From the NCBI GenBank assembly GCA_002633005.1, contig NMRA01000095.1:1-64000 (forward strand): a stretch of DNA of 64,000 nt, given 5' to 3'. A model generated the notes under the pieces. That model was not told where the DNA came from and did no database searches. It was given only the letters and a program-made list of their open reading frames with translations. Source of the DNA: Phoronis australis. Its lineage: Eukaryota; Animalia; Phoronida. A program made the position numbers and the translations under genes. Positions 54,901 through 64,000 of the stretch are shown in pieces; position 1 is the stretch's first letter, and every line of letters begins with the position of its first letter.

Positions 54901-56423
54901 AATAAACCTGTGTATTTTTAATAATGAGATTAAGCTAATTTCATGATAATATTTGACAGCGTACGGGTGCACATTCATCACTGTCGTGCCTACAACCACA
55001 GACTCCTCGGTTCAAAGTGAAGACCCAAGTACAGAGAATTCTACTCCATCACTAGCAACATCAACAACAACAAAAGAAGCAGCGGAGTTGACAACCTCAA
55101 CTTCTACAACAACTAAAGGATTAGTAAGCGTGCTTTCAACTACGCAGCAGAAATTGGTAACCTCCACGGATGAGGAATCTCAATCTAGTAGCAACACTGT
55201 AACTCCTGTTTTTACCACTACTCGCGATGGTATGGCCCAAATTGAAACGACATCTGAAAACCTTCGCACCAGCAGCAATAAAGCGTCTGCAACAAGTATT
55301 GCGATTGAAGGGGAGACATCCAGTGGTACTCCTACATGGACTGGCGCTATGACCGTTGACAATGGCGCTACTGAAATGGTGACTCCAACAGGTGCCTCCA
55401 ATAAGGCGGGCACTGTGGTCACTGACGGTGGTGCCGTCGGCGTGACGACGGCGTTGGGAAGTACAACAGAAACAAACACTAATGTGGTGACTGGCACTGG
55501 GACTACAGACAATCGTGACGCCAACGTCTTGACGACTTCTGTTGTTGCCGGAGAAAGCACCATTGTGACGGACACTGTGACCGCCAGTGACGGCGTTACT
55601 AATATGGAGACGACGACTGCCACAGCTGGTGAAACGGATACTTCCTCAGAAAGTAATGGTGGGGATGACCTGGCTGCAACAACTACTGATGGAAGTAAAA
55701 GTTTTACTCCGGCTGGGAATGAAGTTATGACCAGCCGCAATGGCAGTGGTGACATAACCACAACTGCTGCTTTTGCGAGAGAAAATAGTACTTCAGATCT
55801 GACCACTCAGAATGAAGAAGCATCGTCGACAAGGGCAGACCGCACAACAGGTGGGGATGACACGTGGACTACCAGCAACTTGGAAACAATGGCATCAGGA
55901 ACACCAATAAGCGCCAAATTGGATACGACAACCAAAACGACTACTGGAGCAGCTGGGGGCTCTGCTGGTAAAAATGGGGAGGAATTGTCCCCGAGGAATA
56001 TTGGTCTGATATCGGGCGCCTGCGCTCTGTTGGTAGTTATCATTGTGACAGCAGCTGCTTGTGGCGTGGCAAAATCCAAAAAGAGGTAAGATGGGATATG
56101 CGAATTGTATGATTAGGTATTTTAGGATAAGATCCTGAATTTTAAAGTGCTTTTCTAAAACTGTCCGATATACATTCACATTATTTGTTGGTGAAAGATG
56201 TAGCAATAGATCTTCAGTAACATGCCTCTTCTCTGTACAAATGATCCTAAATGTACGACTTTCTTTCAGGGGAATCGTTGTGCCATGCAGCAGCCCTCAG
56301 GACTTCCAAGACGACCCTGTTTTGTCGCAATACCGAGATGCGAGTGCTAAGTCTTACCTGTCATCACCTTATGATAGCAGACCAGTATCCCCCTCCGAAC
56401 TCTTCGAGGGTATTGAAGTATGA
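6547..56423 (+). CDS. VWDE: Spliced gene (20 exons seen, 5' end not found): VWDE-like type I membrane protein with VWD, EGF-like unit, 8 Cys-rich repeats, mucin stalk, TM helix and cytoplasmic tail, about 1440 aa
   Basis: All 19 introns are GT-AG and the phases join into one frame (4323 nt to TGA at 56421-56423). VWDE-family motifs occur in the expected order: CSSYNDPHVRTFDG, GEFVLYK, CNCGVAV, GMCGSLNNDPADD, FPTANG..C, CPGDCNGHGTC, GLCDIRRRPC, VSNDG..S, YDAKCISC, CLIGGFCY. The symbol denotes the family; orthology is not established. Confidence 0.85.
8144..8232 (+). CDS. VWDE-like exon, start of VWD domain (MCSSYNDPHVRTFDG)
   Basis: tttacttgcAG acceptor, CG|gtaagt donor; C-x4-DPH-x2-TFDG is the VWD N-terminal signature; 89 nt, phase 0-2. 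Not in the ORF track. Confidence 0.92.
10300..10363 (+). CDS. VWDE-like exon, VWD (EYDGQLEGEFVLYKNTKYPFE)
   Basis: ctttttcAG acceptor, GAG|gtaagg donor; 64 nt, phase 2-0; GEFVLYK motif. Confidence 0.9.
10630..11592 (+). mobile_element. Decayed 3' end of an L1/Tx1-type LINE (zf-RVT region)
   Basis: Translation with a frameshift and a stop: WLQFRLLTRI/LATNSFLK...CSFCGQSKETLKR*FWEC.TVNAFW; TG-rich tract, then aataaa and an A-rich end. Boundaries approximate. Confidence 0.7.
12490..12537 (+). ncRNA. Minimal type I hammerhead ribozyme-like motif (solo Penelope terminus)
   Basis: CTGAAGA (12495-12501), imperfect stem II, GAAA (12523-12526), GTC triplet; ctt/aag stem I; same sequence family as the motif at 21358-21407. 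Confidence 0.6.
13058..13288 (+). CDS. VWDE-like exon, VWD (VHALFQRCNPDATCNCGVAVRS...GATIQ)
   Basis: cttttAG acceptor, CAG|gtaatt donor; 231 nt, phase 0-0; CNCGVAV motif. Confidence 0.9.
13955..14125. repeat. Degenerate ~17-bp tandem repeat (cccactactccgaagg-like), likely the subterminal array of a non-autonomous DNA element
   Basis: About 9 imperfect copies; inverted related units near 14968-14978 and 15076-15100. Confidence 0.6.
14155..14690 (-). mobile_element. 3' fragment of a LINE (RTEX/L2-like C-terminal CCHC region, (TTGA)n tail)
   Basis: Minus strand reads CPFYPSVVVDENHFLLSCDKHSELRE; ends aataaattgattgattgatt. Confidence 0.6.
16885..17096 (-). mobile_element. tRNA-derived SINE-like element
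   Basis: Minus strand has a B box in a T-arm hairpin (gtccgggttcgaaaccggac) with an A-box-like gagtggagcaatg upstream; no complete cloverleaf. The 3' boundary is uncertain. Confidence 0.55.
19387..19610 (+). CDS. VWDE-like exon, end of VWD (VHMPSGTVV...GMCGSLNNDPADD...FTRKW)
   Basis: tttctgttctAG acceptor, AA|gtaagt donor; 224 nt, phase 0-2; matches the VWD GLCG..N....DD and F...W motifs. Confidence 0.92.
21330..21822 (-). mobile_element. Penelope-like retroelement 3' part, GIY-YIG endonuclease
   Basis: VVYKFICTGCGSSYIGETVRFLKTRTKEH...LKIREALHISWCKPNLNRQL. Confidence 0.92.
21358..21407 (-). ncRNA. Degenerate minimal hammerhead ribozyme at the Penelope 3' end
   Basis: Minus strand gactt-CTGTGGA-t-ggtgt..acacc-GAAA-catGTC-aagtt; the core differs from CUGANGA at one position. 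Confidence 0.6.
21823..22140 (+). mobile_element. Penelope RT C-terminal/linker fragment, inverted relative to the GIY-YIG part
   Basis: GLIKTLIDRVYRINNT*..IKELTTNLQKNCYPLDLV...YVGFYAKIAQRKLNKVV. Confidence 0.8.
26445..26659 (-). pseudogene. Degenerate THAP zinc-finger domain (DNA transposon relic)
   Basis: LPKYVVALS..LYTCP..RLLQSWRIAVKR, then after a frameshift RVCSIHFH*RDY, matching the THAP W..A..R and VCS.HF motifs. Confidence 0.6.
27895..29560 (-). mobile_element. Heavily decayed L2/CR1-group LINE, 3' portion with conserved tail
   Basis: The tail at 27895-27985 is the reverse complement homolog of 52856-52957; only weak ADD and WC-like RT remnants near 29420-29540. Confidence 0.5.
31631..31904 (+). 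CDS. VWDE-like exon, post-VWD Cys region with furin site RRRR
   Basis: actttcAG acceptor, CCT|gtaagt donor; 274 nt, phase 2-0; continues W-K-VPTSESLL. Confidence 0.9.
32914..33069 (+). CDS. VWDE-like exon (LKTFPTANGTTYEEASRFC...CIEDIK)
   Basis: tttgtgtctAG acceptor, AAG|gtaact donor; 156 nt, phase 0-0. Confidence 0.9.
34265..34472 (+). CDS. VWDE-like exon ending in first half of EGF-like unit (CPGDCNGHGTCKE)
   Basis: tttttttgtAG acceptor, G|gtaaaa donor; 208 nt, phase 0-1. Confidence 0.9.
36909..37099 (+). CDS. VWDE-like exon, EGF second half plus GLCDIRRRPC segment
   Basis: attttAG acceptor, CAG|gtacag donor; 191 nt, phase 1-0; CYCEEGYIGSDC completes the EGF unit. Confidence 0.9.
37507..37770 (+). 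CDS. VWDE-like exon, Ig-like segment with furin site RVRR (VSNDG, YDAKCISC)
   Basis: ttattggcAG acceptor, AAG|gtgagt donor; 264 nt, phase 0-0. Confidence 0.9.
40450..40563 (+). CDS. Cys-repeat exon 1: NNTCLIGGFCYLPGEINPSNACEFCSVAVSEVKWTPKY
   Basis: tactttcAG / TAC|gtaaga; 114 nt, phase 0-0. Confidence 0.9.
42429..42542 (+). CDS. Cys-repeat exon 2: NQSCLIQGQCFQDEEVNPANDCELCSAKNNTGDWTKKH
   Basis: aattacAG / CAC|gtgagt; 114 nt, phase 0-0. Confidence 0.88.
42681..42835. mobile_element. ~155-bp MITE downstream of Cys-repeat exon 2
   Basis: TIR ggcagagttcagta / tactgaactctacc (13/14). Confidence 0.75.
43550..43663 (+). CDS. Cys-repeat exon 3: NQSCLIQGQCFQDGEVNPANDCELCSAKNNSGDWTKKH
   Basis: gattacAG / CAC|gtgagt; 114 nt, phase 0-0; 107/114 nt identical to exon 2. 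Confidence 0.88.
43795..44091. mobile_element. Duplicate of the same MITE, carrying a nested 142-bp related MITE (43894-44035) in the opposite orientation
   Basis: Outer perfect 14-bp TIR; inner TIR cgttcagtagacgctaggacc / ggtcctagcgttactgaacg; the insert is absent from the 42681 copy. Confidence 0.8.
46066..46176 (+). CDS. Cys-repeat exon 4: EHSCLIGGTCYPEDQTNPSNDCEMCSSQNTSSWTKKY
   Basis: ttttatttcaatAG / TAT|gtgaga; 111 nt, phase 0-0. Confidence 0.88.
46535..46645 (+). CDS. Cys-repeat exon 5: NVSCLIKDTCHAEGDVNPSNACETCSSKNDSTWSKKF
   Basis: ctgctttcAG / TTT|gtaagt; 111 nt, phase 0-0. Confidence 0.88.
48328..48441 (+). CDS. Cys-repeat exon 6: VNSCSINGSCYADGESNPANACLVCSAQSNSSVWTQKY
   Basis: tgtacatgtAG / TAC|gtaaga; 114 nt, phase 0-0. 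Confidence 0.88.
50591..50704 (+). CDS. Cys-repeat exon 7: NQSCLIQGRCYEEGQVNPANDCDICSVKNNSGDWTKKH
   Basis: gatttcAG / CAT|gtaagt; 114 nt, phase 0-0. Confidence 0.88.
52700..52957 (+). mobile_element. L2-group LINE/SINE 3' tail fragment
   Basis: tttttactgagggtccccctgg...gatggggctacccacattgtaaatatt plus an (aat)-rich tail; homolog at 27895-27985 on the minus strand. Confidence 0.65.
53230..53572 (-). mobile_element. Second Penelope-like GIY-YIG fragment (different family) with degenerate hammerhead
   Basis: Minus strand TYIGETKRPFLTRFNE..TAVEEHILVTGH..RKLKESIKI../LNRDRGLHIPPVYSNIL, followed by ggcctgg-cgga-ccaggcc-GAAACGTC (53234-53268). Confidence 0.85.
53637..54486. mobile_element. 850-bp foldback/Mutator-like non-autonomous element with subterminal (ggtcgagggg)-type repeats
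   Basis: Inverted termini gggtagttctaaaa / ttttagaacaatcc; imperfect 9-bp TSD cgcatttcg / tgcatttct; partial copies at about 15715-15830 (+) and 30170-30422 (-). Confidence 0.7.
54577..54694 (+). CDS. Cys-repeat exon 8: VAFCLIDGRCFKDGARNPVNSCEICSSQTQSQNWTIDKF
   Basis: tttttctAG / TTTA|gtaagt; 118 nt, phase 0-1, which matches the phase-1 acceptor of the next exon. Confidence 0.88.
54960..56085 (+). CDS. Exon for Thr/Ser-rich mucin-like stalk, transmembrane helix and basic stop-transfer segment
   Basis: atttgacAG acceptor (phase 1), AG|gtaaga donor (phase 2); long Thr/Ser-rich ORF; hydrophobic IGLISGACALLVVIIVTAAACGVA followed by KSKKR. Confidence 0.9.
56270..56423 (+). CDS. Terminal exon, cytoplasmic tail (R)GIVVPCSS...SELFEGIEV*
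   Basis: actttctttcAG acceptor in phase 2; frame runs to TGA. Confidence 0.8.
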
Positions 56424-57565
56424 CGTTCACTTACTGATTACTGATGGCGAATTTTTTGCATTAGTCTTGCTTGCAAATGAGTGTCTAAAATCTACACTTA
56501 CATTTAGTTGAGGGTGATATTAAAAGATTTTTGCACTAGTATTACTTGTCTGTATCCAAGAGATTTAAAGTCGGCGAAGATGGAAAGCTTCGATCCCAAC
56601 TGTCTGTCTCGAGTGCGTAATAGCTCAGCAGAAAGCTCAATTACTCGGATTACCGAACGCAGTTAAGCAAAATGCTCACTGACTTGTAACCTTCTTTCTC
56701 AGTAATCATCATAAATCCAGGGCTTAAGACCTCACAGTAGATGAGGTGCGCCAAGTGCATACCCGATGACCTCCAGTAGCCAATGCAATTGTTGCATCTT
56801 TGGACACCAACAAATTTTCCTCTTTGGCTCATTATAACCGTGTTCTTATGGCGTGATATTGAAAGCCTATTATCCAGGACTAACTCTTAATTTCATTTAT
56901 CAAATGCTCCATGCTTAGGATACTATACAAAAACAAGGGATTTAGCATGGAAAATATTGCATTTTGTTCTACAAAAGTCAATGAAAATATTCTTAAACAG
57001 TCAACCCTTGACAGACAGAGGTTTGCCTTCGCCGAGAATTTTGTTCGTTTACCCATTGTTGTAGATTGTCATGCATTTGATATTAATGCACAATCAGGTG
57101 CCGTGACATATTGACGTGAATGACTAAAGAGTCCACAATTTTATTCAGTTATTTTAACCAAACACTGAAACCGCTTATCCTCTTGCGTTTCCTATACGGG
57201 CTGGAGAGTAAGACCTGTTACACAACCAACATTTTTCGAAAGATACATGTCCAGTGTAACTGCAATTCCAGCAGTTTTCAAAGTTACCAACTAAAGATAT
57301 TTAATTTTGTCAAACTCATTTTTCCTTCTGAAAACCCGAAGTTCGCGACTCAATGCGCATTGTGACTGGCACTGGAATGTGACTGTATTTATCGTGTATT
57401 CGCACACAGTGTGTCTTTGTTTACTTTTTGTGTTAAATTGTTTGTAAATGCATATATTACGCGCGTGTTTAATGCAATCTGATTGAACTATGTAACCTTA
57501 CGTGTAGTGTTGTTAATTTCGTTATATTTTTGTACAACACATTCTGCGCTTTAACTACAGCTTAA

Positions 57566-57571
57566 AATAAA
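57566..57571 (+). promoter_or_regulatory. Candidate polyadenylation signal of the VWDE-like gene (3' UTR about 1.15 kb)
   Basis: AATAAA followed about 20-35 nt later by a GT/T-rich tract (gtcactgtttttgtttc). Confidence 0.5.
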
Positions 57572-59039
57572 CCTGTATAGAATGTATGTCGTCACTGTTT
57601 TTGTTTCTAATCACGTAGTCTACATAACGTTAATGAGTATATTCACAGCTAGCATTACGAAAGACATTACAATGTCTTTCAACTTGTATTTCTAACGTTA
57701 GATGGCGTGAAAGTCAACAACCCTAGACACAACGGCGAATGTGTGTCTTATTTGAACGCAAAACAGTGCTTGATAGTGAACAAGCATATCAGGTGTAAAA
57801 ATATTAAACAGCAGTTTTACAGTATGGGCTTTTAGCAAAGTTTTGGTAAGTATGGAAAGCAAATTAGTTGGCAATTCCTCTCGACTTTGAGTATTCCAGA
57901 AGGACCGCCAGCGGAGTTCTCGCTGAAATAAAGACAAAAGATAGATACTTTGCCCATCTCCCTCCACCACTTTTGAGGGACACATAAAGCGACGAATCAA
58001 GGGCCTGTTTCATGCATGTCCCTAAATTTATCTTGTTTAGGTCAGTGCTTTCCCCTTTTGCAACAAATTTTGAATCTTACCTGCGGGGACGAGATATGGA
58101 CCATGTTTTGTACATGGCCCCGACCAGTAGCTCATTTTAACTAAATGGACAATAAGGACTGTATACAGTAATATAATGAACAAATGTATACCAACAGCCC
58201 TTTTTAGTATTCTCAAATAGCACACTCTCAGCCTATGCAAATTTGCTTTTTGTTATTTTCAAAGCCTATTGTCTGTTCAATTGACACTTAAGAAAACGAC
58301 TAGGTTTGTCACAATTCAATTTTAGATAGTTGTACCTATTACCAAGTGTTACAGATTCAAGGGGGCATTGACAAAACTAAGCATCATTATGGAGTAAAAC
58401 AACGCTCTGACACAGATTGCACACGTGCGGATCTAGGATATTGCAGAGGAAGACGTTATTCCAAACCTCATGCCAGCAGTGTTTTCTTTCACAGAGTCAC
58501 ATGTGGGCATAATGAGGGTGCTTAACTAGATTTCCAAAACTGTATTTATAAGAAATACTCACAGGCATAAGCAAAACACAGGTCCATGTAACAGGTTGCT
58601 TCTTATAAATCTATTCATTGTAGTGGACACTTTTCACCATCTGCCAGAGGTACACCATGATACTCAGCACCACCCAGTGAGCCGTTATGTGAGACTGAAA
58701 AAACAAACCAAATTAAATTTGTGTTATAGTTTAAACATGACCTCAACCTGAAAGGGAATGTTGTTTTGTCGTTTTTCTTCAAAAGTTAGTGGCCCATTAT
58801 TAATGAAGTTTAAAACAGTATAATTTTCTGCATTTCACATGCCATATTTTTAGTGGTGCATACATGTAGCAAATCTATTTTATTACGGGCAGTTTTGTTA
58901 CATATTAAACTTGTGTGATTAGTGATGAAAGAAAACAATAAGAGTGATTTGATAACACAAAAGTTATGTAGATTGTAACACAAAGTAAATGGAATGAACG
59001 AACTCTTTCAATTTCCAAAGTTATTAAACGTTAAACAAA

Positions 59040-59830
59040 AATCATTTTGGGGGTTTATGAAAAACCATGAATTTTGTTTTAGCTGCATTTAAAACCAGTC
59101 AATTTACATTAGTAACCGAGACTGAATTTTATGCAGCTCCCCACAAAACATATGCTCCTCATTAACAGACTACCTGCTATGAATACCATTATAAAAATAG
59201 TAGTATCATCAGCATAAAGTATGCAGTCAAATAAACTCGTGCACTTCAAAAATCGTTCATATAAATGATGAATGACAAACCCAGTATAGACCCCTGTGGG
59301 ACATCCCGCAGAATTGGAACTGTGTTAGATTTTGTGTTATTAATTTGAACATAATTAGCTCGATTAGAGAGATAGTTTCTTAAGAAACTTAAAAACAAGT
59401 GGCTGCAACCATGATATAGAAGTTTTCCGAGTAAAATAGAATGACTTGAAGAGTCAAAATCTTTGGAAAGATCAATTACATTGTAGAATGACCAGGGGTA
59501 ATTTATTATGTTCCATCCCCTTGACTATTCTATTCATGATTTCAATTAAAGCCAGTTCTGTGGGGTGCCCCCCACGAAAACCATACTGGGCAAAATGTGG
59601 CAAGCCATTAGATTGAAAATAATCATAAAGTTAATTATAAATAAGTTTTTCAAAAATCTTCGAAAAGCAAGGAAGAACAGAGCTTGTAATCATTTAAATC
59701 AACGAGTTCCCTTTTTTAAATACAGGAATAACCTTGGCAATTTTCATGTTGTCTAAAAAAACTTGGCTGGAAATGGACTGGATAAACACAACACACAATG
59801 GTTCAATCAATAGATTATTTATACATTTTA
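59040..59830 (-). mobile_element. Decayed CR1/L2/Crack-group LINE reverse transcriptase fragment
   Basis: Minus strand QYGFRGGH/TELALI, IDLSKDFDS, YLSNR, DVPQGSILG..FIIYMND, ILYADDTTIF, with frameshifts. Confidence 0.88.
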
Positions 59831-62800
59831 TTATTTTCATAGATAGATGATTTTAAGCACACCATAGGCCCTCTGCCATGTTAACTGATGGATTGTGTTC
59901 TTGACAAAGTGAGTCTGCATAGGCCTAGTCACACACTCAATTTCCAAGAAAAAGTACATAAGGTAAAAGCAAGCACTTTCATTAACCTTCCCTGTCCCTT
60001 GCCCTTTAGTTACCCAATCGTGATCACACCACCGATAATACAAAGCCAAAACAACCGGTCAACTGAACTATAACCTGCTCAGTCTTTATTAATGGTCCTA
60101 CTGATCTGCCTTTGGCTATGTCTCTTTGCCTTTGAGGGGGTCCCATTCATACTATATTGCCCTCTAATGGTGAGATCCTGGGTCCTGCAATTTGAGAACC
60201 AGATTTCTCCACTGAAGAACAGGCATCAAATTTGTTGCCTCCCACTCCCACGCATGGTTTTGTATCACTTTTCTCGCAACAAGCTTCGGTCTACCAAAAC
60301 TTCACAACTTTGCTTTCATTCAACATGAGCCTACCATCGCTCATCCAGTAGTTCGTGAACAGGTTAACTAGCTAGCTGACTAGTTAGAGAGGGGCCAAGT
60401 GGGCCACGCCCCGGCCTAAAATTCTCCCACATTCCATTTGGCAGTCCGGGGGTGCAAAAATTTGACTTAAAATATCCTGGCTAATACTTTGCCCTGCCCC
60501 ACAAACTCAGAATACTGGATCTGCCCCTGTTAGTAGAATATACTAGTAGTCAGACTAGAGTATGGAGTCCCTGGTCTCGCGATAGACAATGCTTTTCTTA
60601 TGGCAACGAAAACCAACGGATATTTTTGCAATTCAAGTCCAAAGTCTGACAATTACCTGCAGGTAGAAATTCAACGCGACCATCGAGCGACAAACAGGGT
60701 CTATCCTACACAATAACATTACACTCAGTTTCAGTCACAACATTCATAGACCGGCAGACTCGACTCGATCACAACGACTTTAGGACCTCCGACGGGAGTA
60801 TCGAAATCAGTACGTAATTTTCAGACAGGTAATGGTTTCATCTAATTCTAAGCGTAATAATTACGGTGTAGACTGTTCAGCACATACAGGGAGCAATATC
60901 GTCATCGAAATGTCTAAAAAACGAATAAGATACCTAGCTAAGACGAACTTCTCTTCTTCCAAGCAGTACCAAAAACAGCTGAGTATGTATCTCGAGTTGC
61001 AAAAGAGGTCCAAAAGCACATCATCATGGGTAACATTTGCTTGTTTTCATCACGTAGATTTTAAGAAAATAAAAAATAAAACAAAAAATATCTACAGGCA
61101 CTAGATCGACACAATACTTACGAAAAGTTCTGATTAAGTATCAGAAAGTGTGTTTTAATGTTTTCATTCAGAACCACGACGTTTTTTACAACGTTTTAAA
61201 ACGGATCATATGACTTAAACGCCTTCTTTCTCGGATTGTTTGAATATAATTCCATCAAATGCGCCATTCCGAATTGATAGATATGTCACTACATGTATGG
61301 GCTTTCCATTGCATTTTTAACATGAGTAGTTTCTTGGCATAGTAAAAAAACGTACCCCGCACAGTTTCAAATCGAGACAAAGGAGTTTCCAGGATCAGGT
61401 AACAAGTTATTATTGTTAAAGCGTTCCTGCAAACTCGTTGGCGCTCACAGTTCATAAACCAACTATGCAGTAAACACATTTCTCTTGTTAAGGATAACAA
61501 AAACAATGACACCGTATTCTGGCAAATAACAACAAGCATGTCTCATATTTTCAGGAGAAAGCGGTTTAATCTGAAACAAAAATAGTCTTGCTATCCACCA
61601 CCGAAATCGCTGATCAAAACTTTAATTGTGAAATACTAGCATGTCACAGCCAATAATACAGACTTTTTGTGAATTTTTTCAGAAATACATTGCAGTTGTA
61701 AGGAGCTTTAGCCAATATCTCTTTTATGACAGACCTCAGAGTCTTAATTTTTTCTATTTCAATCGCCCGTTTTTTCACGAAAACAAACTTAAGACTCTGA
61801 ATTCTTAAAAGAAATATTAACTAACGCTTCTTACAACAATTAAATTATTCTACTTCGAACTTGTCTTACCCAGAGCAACAACCTTTTTCAAGAAGCTTTT
61901 GAGTACTACTTTTCTTTAATTTGCAAAAATGATGTATAGTATTAATAGCTTATAGTACGTAGCAATTGCAACAGTATTGTGTAAATGTGACCTGAAGTTT
62001 TGTCCTTGACCTGCCATAGGGTACACAATTCAAATGTTACCGAACATTTGCTAACTGCAATGATTGGACACTTTAAACAAAAAATCTTAGACTACCCTAT
62101 TTTTAGTGACTTGTTTTGCGAGTTAAAAATAATCTGCGTATTAAAAGTGCTGGCAAAACAATTAAATTTTCTAGTTTGATTTCAGGGGCAGTGTTGCACC
62201 ATGCCGCAGTGATAGAGACATTAAAACACATCTGGTGGTGCCTCACCACTCTCACTGTCTTCAATCCATGGAACACGTTTCCAAACATGTGATAGCAGAC
62301 CTGTGTCCGCCTCCTTCCTTATCGGCAGTGTCAAAGTCTATTGTTCTTCATGTTTTGTATCGTTTGCTATATGGACTGCATTTTTGTGCCAACATATCCA
62401 TATTGCAGCTGTCTGGTATTTCACGAATGATTTTGTATTTGGGAGGTGATGGATGACGTCTTTTGATTCCAAGACTGGCCCTGCATGTCCAGCGACATGT
62501 TTAATACTGCACACTCCACGAGACTGTTGAATATTTTCAAAATTAAGAGTCCTATCTTGATTAGGTTTGCTCTGTGTTTTCTTTTTTATTAACCGAGGGA
62601 ATTTAAAGAAGGAGTGATGTCATACTGACTGCACGTAGAGTATGTACATATGTTGAGACGATGCCGATTTTATACAATTACCTATTATTCTTATTTTAGT
62701 GTATACTAAACAGCCTTGCTTGAAATGTAGTCGCGTATTTACGGTACTTCAACACTTTACTTTGTTGCTGTACATGAACATGTATATAAAGACACGCGTA

Positions 62801-64000
62801 AGATATTTTTTGAACAATGCAATAAAATTGGGAAGTTTGCTGTATTCTTGTTTGAAACTCTTTGTAGTGTGTTCACGTTTTACAAGTCAAGAATTATACA
62901 CGTACATGCCGCGACATAAAAACCACGTCTCTTGGTAGACATGTGTAGCTTTCTCATGCAGAACTGCCAATTTCGCTTCCTATTGCAATCGCAATTACCA
63001 TGTCGACTTAAAAGGTATGAATTGTGTTGTCTTCGTCAGCCGATATTCCACACTGGCTATTAAAGTAGTTCTACATAAGCCTTTCTCACAAAAGGGTTTG
63101 TAGTAATTAAAATTAAGAAGGGCAGACTGGGTTCTAAGACAAAACGCTTACTCGAGCCAATTCAGTTGTCATTACCGTTGTACACATGTATTGCCAGACT
63201 AACGCATTGTGTTGTGACGTTCTAGTCTCAAGATCAAGGTGTTTCATTGAAATTAGAATCCCGGTGTTTATCAAAGATATTCCGGAGCTGGAAAGACATC
63301 CGCATCTTGAAAACAGCTACGAGCTCAAAAACAAACTTTAAAACACGTACCCCACATCACTTTGAAACAAGAACACCGGGAATCGGATAAGAAACCCGGA
63401 CAATTGTTCAATTTTTTAAAATGATGTTAGTAGCCTCAAACATCAGTTGTTCTCTGCATTTGTTTGTGAGTTTTTTTTTTCAATAACAAAACGTAACTTA
63501 CATGTATATTATATTGAATTTGTTATTGTACAGCGCACGCTAACGCCATTTATTATTTTACAATGATTTCTGTCGGGTACAGTGTACACACCTACGAGTG
63601 AAACAGATTCTTAAGAATAAACACTTTTTTCGCAAGAGATCACTCCCATTTTCTCACATTAGTAAAACACATATTTAAAGTAGAAGCATGATTGATACTT
63701 TCATCAAAATGCGAAATGGATACATGTTGTTTGAACACAAAGAATGGTGCTTTGATATTAATTTGTTTTCTTGATATAATGTTTGACAGAAAGTGTCGGA
63801 GTGATTTTTCAGTCCCCGTGTGTCCTGTTCGATTCCACGGGATCCTGTTTTAAAAGTCGGGGTTCGTGTTTTTTTCCAGCTGGTTAGCTGTTTTTTGAAG
63901 TTGCTGTAGTCTAAATTAATTATCATTTCAGTTTAAGGCATATTTTGTATCTTTCATTAATATTTTGAAGTTGTTCTTAGCTATTCCTATAAACGTGAAC

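Noticed and set aside
55180-56206. Long minus-strand ORFs (208, 90 and 103 aa)
   Set aside because: Antisense shadows of the Thr-rich mucin exon (ACN codons read as Val-rich on the other strand).
62100-62460. Possible coding remnant on the minus strand
   Set aside because: Contains stops and no motif I can assign with confidence.

Overview
This is AT-rich, intron-rich animal DNA, probably from a marine invertebrate; the organism cannot be determined from the sequence. One large plus-strand gene dominates the window. I assembled 20 GT-AG exons by hand (6547-56423) whose splice phases are all compatible, giving an uninterrupted 4323-nt frame (about 1440 aa; no start codon or signal peptide found). 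The N-terminal half resembles VWDE (von Willebrand factor D and EGF domain-containing protein): a VWD domain, one EGF-like unit, an Ig-like segment and two furin sites. The C-terminal half is unusual. It has EIGHT tandem copies of a 37-39 aa four-cysteine module, each on its own exon (seven of them symmetric phase 0-0), then a ~340 aa Thr/Ser mucin-like stalk, one transmembrane helix and a short Tyr/Ser-Pro tail ending in -IEV. Introns and flanks carry decayed mobile DNA: CR1/L2-type and L1/Tx1-type LINE fragments (one with a 2A-like peptide), Penelope GIY-YIG fragments with three minimal hammerhead-like motifs, a Helentron-type element with a ~147-bp internal array, a THAP relic, a tRNA-derived SINE head and several MITEs, one nested inside a relative. 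Most ORFs in the supplied track are spurious. All family assignments come from motif recognition; no database search was run.
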